Shown here piece after piece: positions 61,545 through 64,000 of a stretch of DNA of 64,000 nt. The position numbers and the translations under genes were made by a program. This DNA comes from Tubulanus polymorphus (Eukaryota; Animalia; Nemertea). How positions within the stretch are numbered: the first letter of the stretch is position 1; every line of letters starts with the position of its first letter. Below the pieces are notes generated by a model that was not told the origin of the DNA, ran no database searches, and saw only the letters and a list, made by a program, of their open reading frames with translations. Location of the stretch: assembly GCF_964204645.1 (NCBI RefSeq), contig NC_134030.1, forward strand, positions 4,010,778 to 4,074,777, written 5' to 3'.

Positions 61545-64000
61545 CCTCCTTCGTCGATCTGCAGGTCACGCAGTGTTAAATATCTGTCAACACTCCTTGA
61601 ACCAGTGGGCGTGCAGTCCTTCCTTACTTTTATTTTGAAAAATATAAAAATAAAAAACCAGACCTTTATTTAATCATTGTTTTTATGGAGTTTTTACGGT
61701 TTCTCCAAAAAAATTTAAAATGATACAAATATAAAAAAATTCATTATCATTTCATCAATTTATTTATTTTTTGGATTAAAAGAAATTTTTTTCCATCATC
61801 TCCCATTCTCATTCATATACATTTTAAATCATTCATTAATTTATTTTTTGACTGTACGTCCCACTGTGTTCCATACCATTTTTGCAACACCTTATTCATT
61901 AAGGTCCATTTTGCTTCTCACGATGCTGAAGCATTTACCATTTTTGCATTTCCTCTTGCAAAACCTTATTAACTATGGTTCATTTTGCTTCTCACGATGC
62001 TGAAGCATTTACCATCCTCGCATTACCTCTTACAACACCTTATTAACTAAGGTTCATTGTGCTTCTCATGATGCTGAAGCATTTACCATCCTTGCATTAC
62101 CTCTTACAACACCTTATTAACTAAGGTTCATTTTGCTTCTCATGATGCTGAAGCATTTACCATCCTTGCATTACCTCTTACAACACCTTATTAACTAAGG
62201 TTCATTGTGCTTCTCATGATGCTGAAGCATTTACCATTTTTGCATGGTCTTTCTTATGAGTCATCTATTCTAACGCTATGGTCGGCCGTTGCAAAATCTC
62301 TTTCGGGATAAGCAGGGAATCAATTCCTATAATAACTCCTATGGAGTTTGAAAAAGGTGGATTTTTCAAATCAAAAGGAACAGCATTCACATGTGATTCC
62401 TTATCGAACTAGGAAGGTGGAGAAGGAATAGCTATGTTTCACACATAATGCGTTTCCTTATGAAGCTGAAAATAACGTGGAGAAGGAACAGCTATGTTTC
62501 ACATAATGCGATTCCTTAGGAAACTACATTGAAACAGATTGTTCAATGTTCCATGTTGCCCCTCCCCACAAATACTATGACGTTTATACGTCAATTGTAA
62601 AACGATTATATCGTTATTAACATACTTGTTTTTCTAATTACAGAATTAAAGATTAATTTAATATGACATGAAAACTTGAATGATTGAAATGTTAATATCT
62701 AATGCTCAACAACGCATGAAAATCCTTCACATGTGAGCGGAAGGATTGAAAATGTTTACTCAGGAAGGAAAAGGAATATATATTTATATACGTGAGATTG
62801 CCTGGATTAAAAATTGCACAAGAAAGGAAACCACAGCAAAGACTATGGTAATCAATTTCATCACATTTCTAAGGTGCGAAAGTTCGCTGGATCAGTGATC
62901 AATCAATGAATTTATGAGTTCTTAATTGAACATGGAAAATCTGCAAAAATGCAATGATAAAGAATCTTGGATAAAAAAAGAATAAAATAAAGATCTTGGA
63001 TTAGAGATTTAGTCGTAATCACTTCAGTGATCAGGTTTTATTGATTGATATTGATCTCTACTTATTCTAACGATCACCAGGATGATGATTTGAGTTTAAG
63101 ATTCTTGTTAGATTAATCTGCATCTCTTGTTGAAATCAATAAGGCATATGAGAGAGGAGGTCTGAGATATGAGAGAGGCAGTTGGGGAGGTATGAGAGTG
63201 GAGGTTCAGGAGAGTGGAGGTTCAGGAGAGAGGAGGTTCAGGGAATATGAAAGTTTATGGAGATATAGTAGAGAGTGTATGGAAGTATGATAGAGGAGTT
63301 TAAGGAGATATCATAGAGGAGATTGTCTTAAAGGAAAATTGTTAAGTTCATAACAATCGAGCAACTCGGTAATAGACACCGCTCTGATAAAGTAACGTCT
63401 TCTGGTCCTCGATTGCGGTCTGAATTGCAAGAATTGTGTTAAGCAATTTAAATATGGTTGATAGAGCGTGGAATTGTTTCCATGTAGGCATGCAATGCAC
63501 AAAACACACATCAGATTAAGGCTGTTGAGAGGGAATTATCAATAGATTTAAGAAATCGACGATGAATTTGGTTTCAAGAGGTTGATCATTCATATGGCAG
63601 TTAATCAGATCAGGTTCTCAGGCACTTCCTTGGTCCCCAAAAACTGCATAAGTTGTATCAAAGTATGTGATATAACCTACTAATTTATTACATGAAAAGA
63701 GGCTACTTGTAGTTTCTCAGCCACTTCACAATTATTGTTGCAAAGAGGTCCCAAAATCCGACCAGCACCACCAATAGATTTCTACAGAACAGTTAGTGTT
63801 GTAATTTTTGTGGTTCCAGTTTTTTTTTCACTGTCCGAGATAATAGAAAATTCCTAAATTTTGAGTCCTTCAGTGCTGAAATTCCATTTTATCACAAATT
63901 TTAAGTTTCCTAATCTTAACTTTGCAAAAATTTGAACTTTTCCTATTCTATTTCTTGTCAAAGATTTCATTCCAGTTCTCAAAATTATTTGCAGTTTTTT
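61545..64000. repeat. start of copy C (A-type)
   Basis: ORF 63311-63511 equals 1768-1968 except one residue; lacks the B-specific extra block. Confidence 0.95.

Overview
AT-rich animal genomic DNA, probably from an invertebrate: it has spliceosomal introns, a tRNA-derived SINE, and Penelope, BEL, Helitron and TIR-transposon remnants, with no prokaryotic features. The whole window is a head-to-tail array of a ~30.8 kb unit: copy A 1-30811, copy B 30812-61544, and the start of copy C 61545-64000. C resembles A rather than B, suggesting an A-B-A (~61.5 kb) higher-order repeat. Each unit holds about ten unrelated minisatellite/satellite arrays, most with an internal palindrome, plus nested transposon remnants. 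It also holds several spliced genes that the ORF track misses. The clearest is a 4-exon TATA-promoter gene encoding an 84-aa orphan microprotein (MSSKYDIF...SELFH). A diverged minus-strand paralog (MSTNKADLF...) shares its first coding exon, with synonymous substitutions, the same intron phase and a conserved GC hairpin, but has a different C-terminal exon. Other contents are a ~370-nt imperfect long hairpin, a transcript built from repeated exon-intron modules with no ORF, a dead Penelope GIY-YIG fragment, and a 248-codon Pro-rich exon. All gene models are read by eye and need RNA-seq; no protein could be assigned a gene name.
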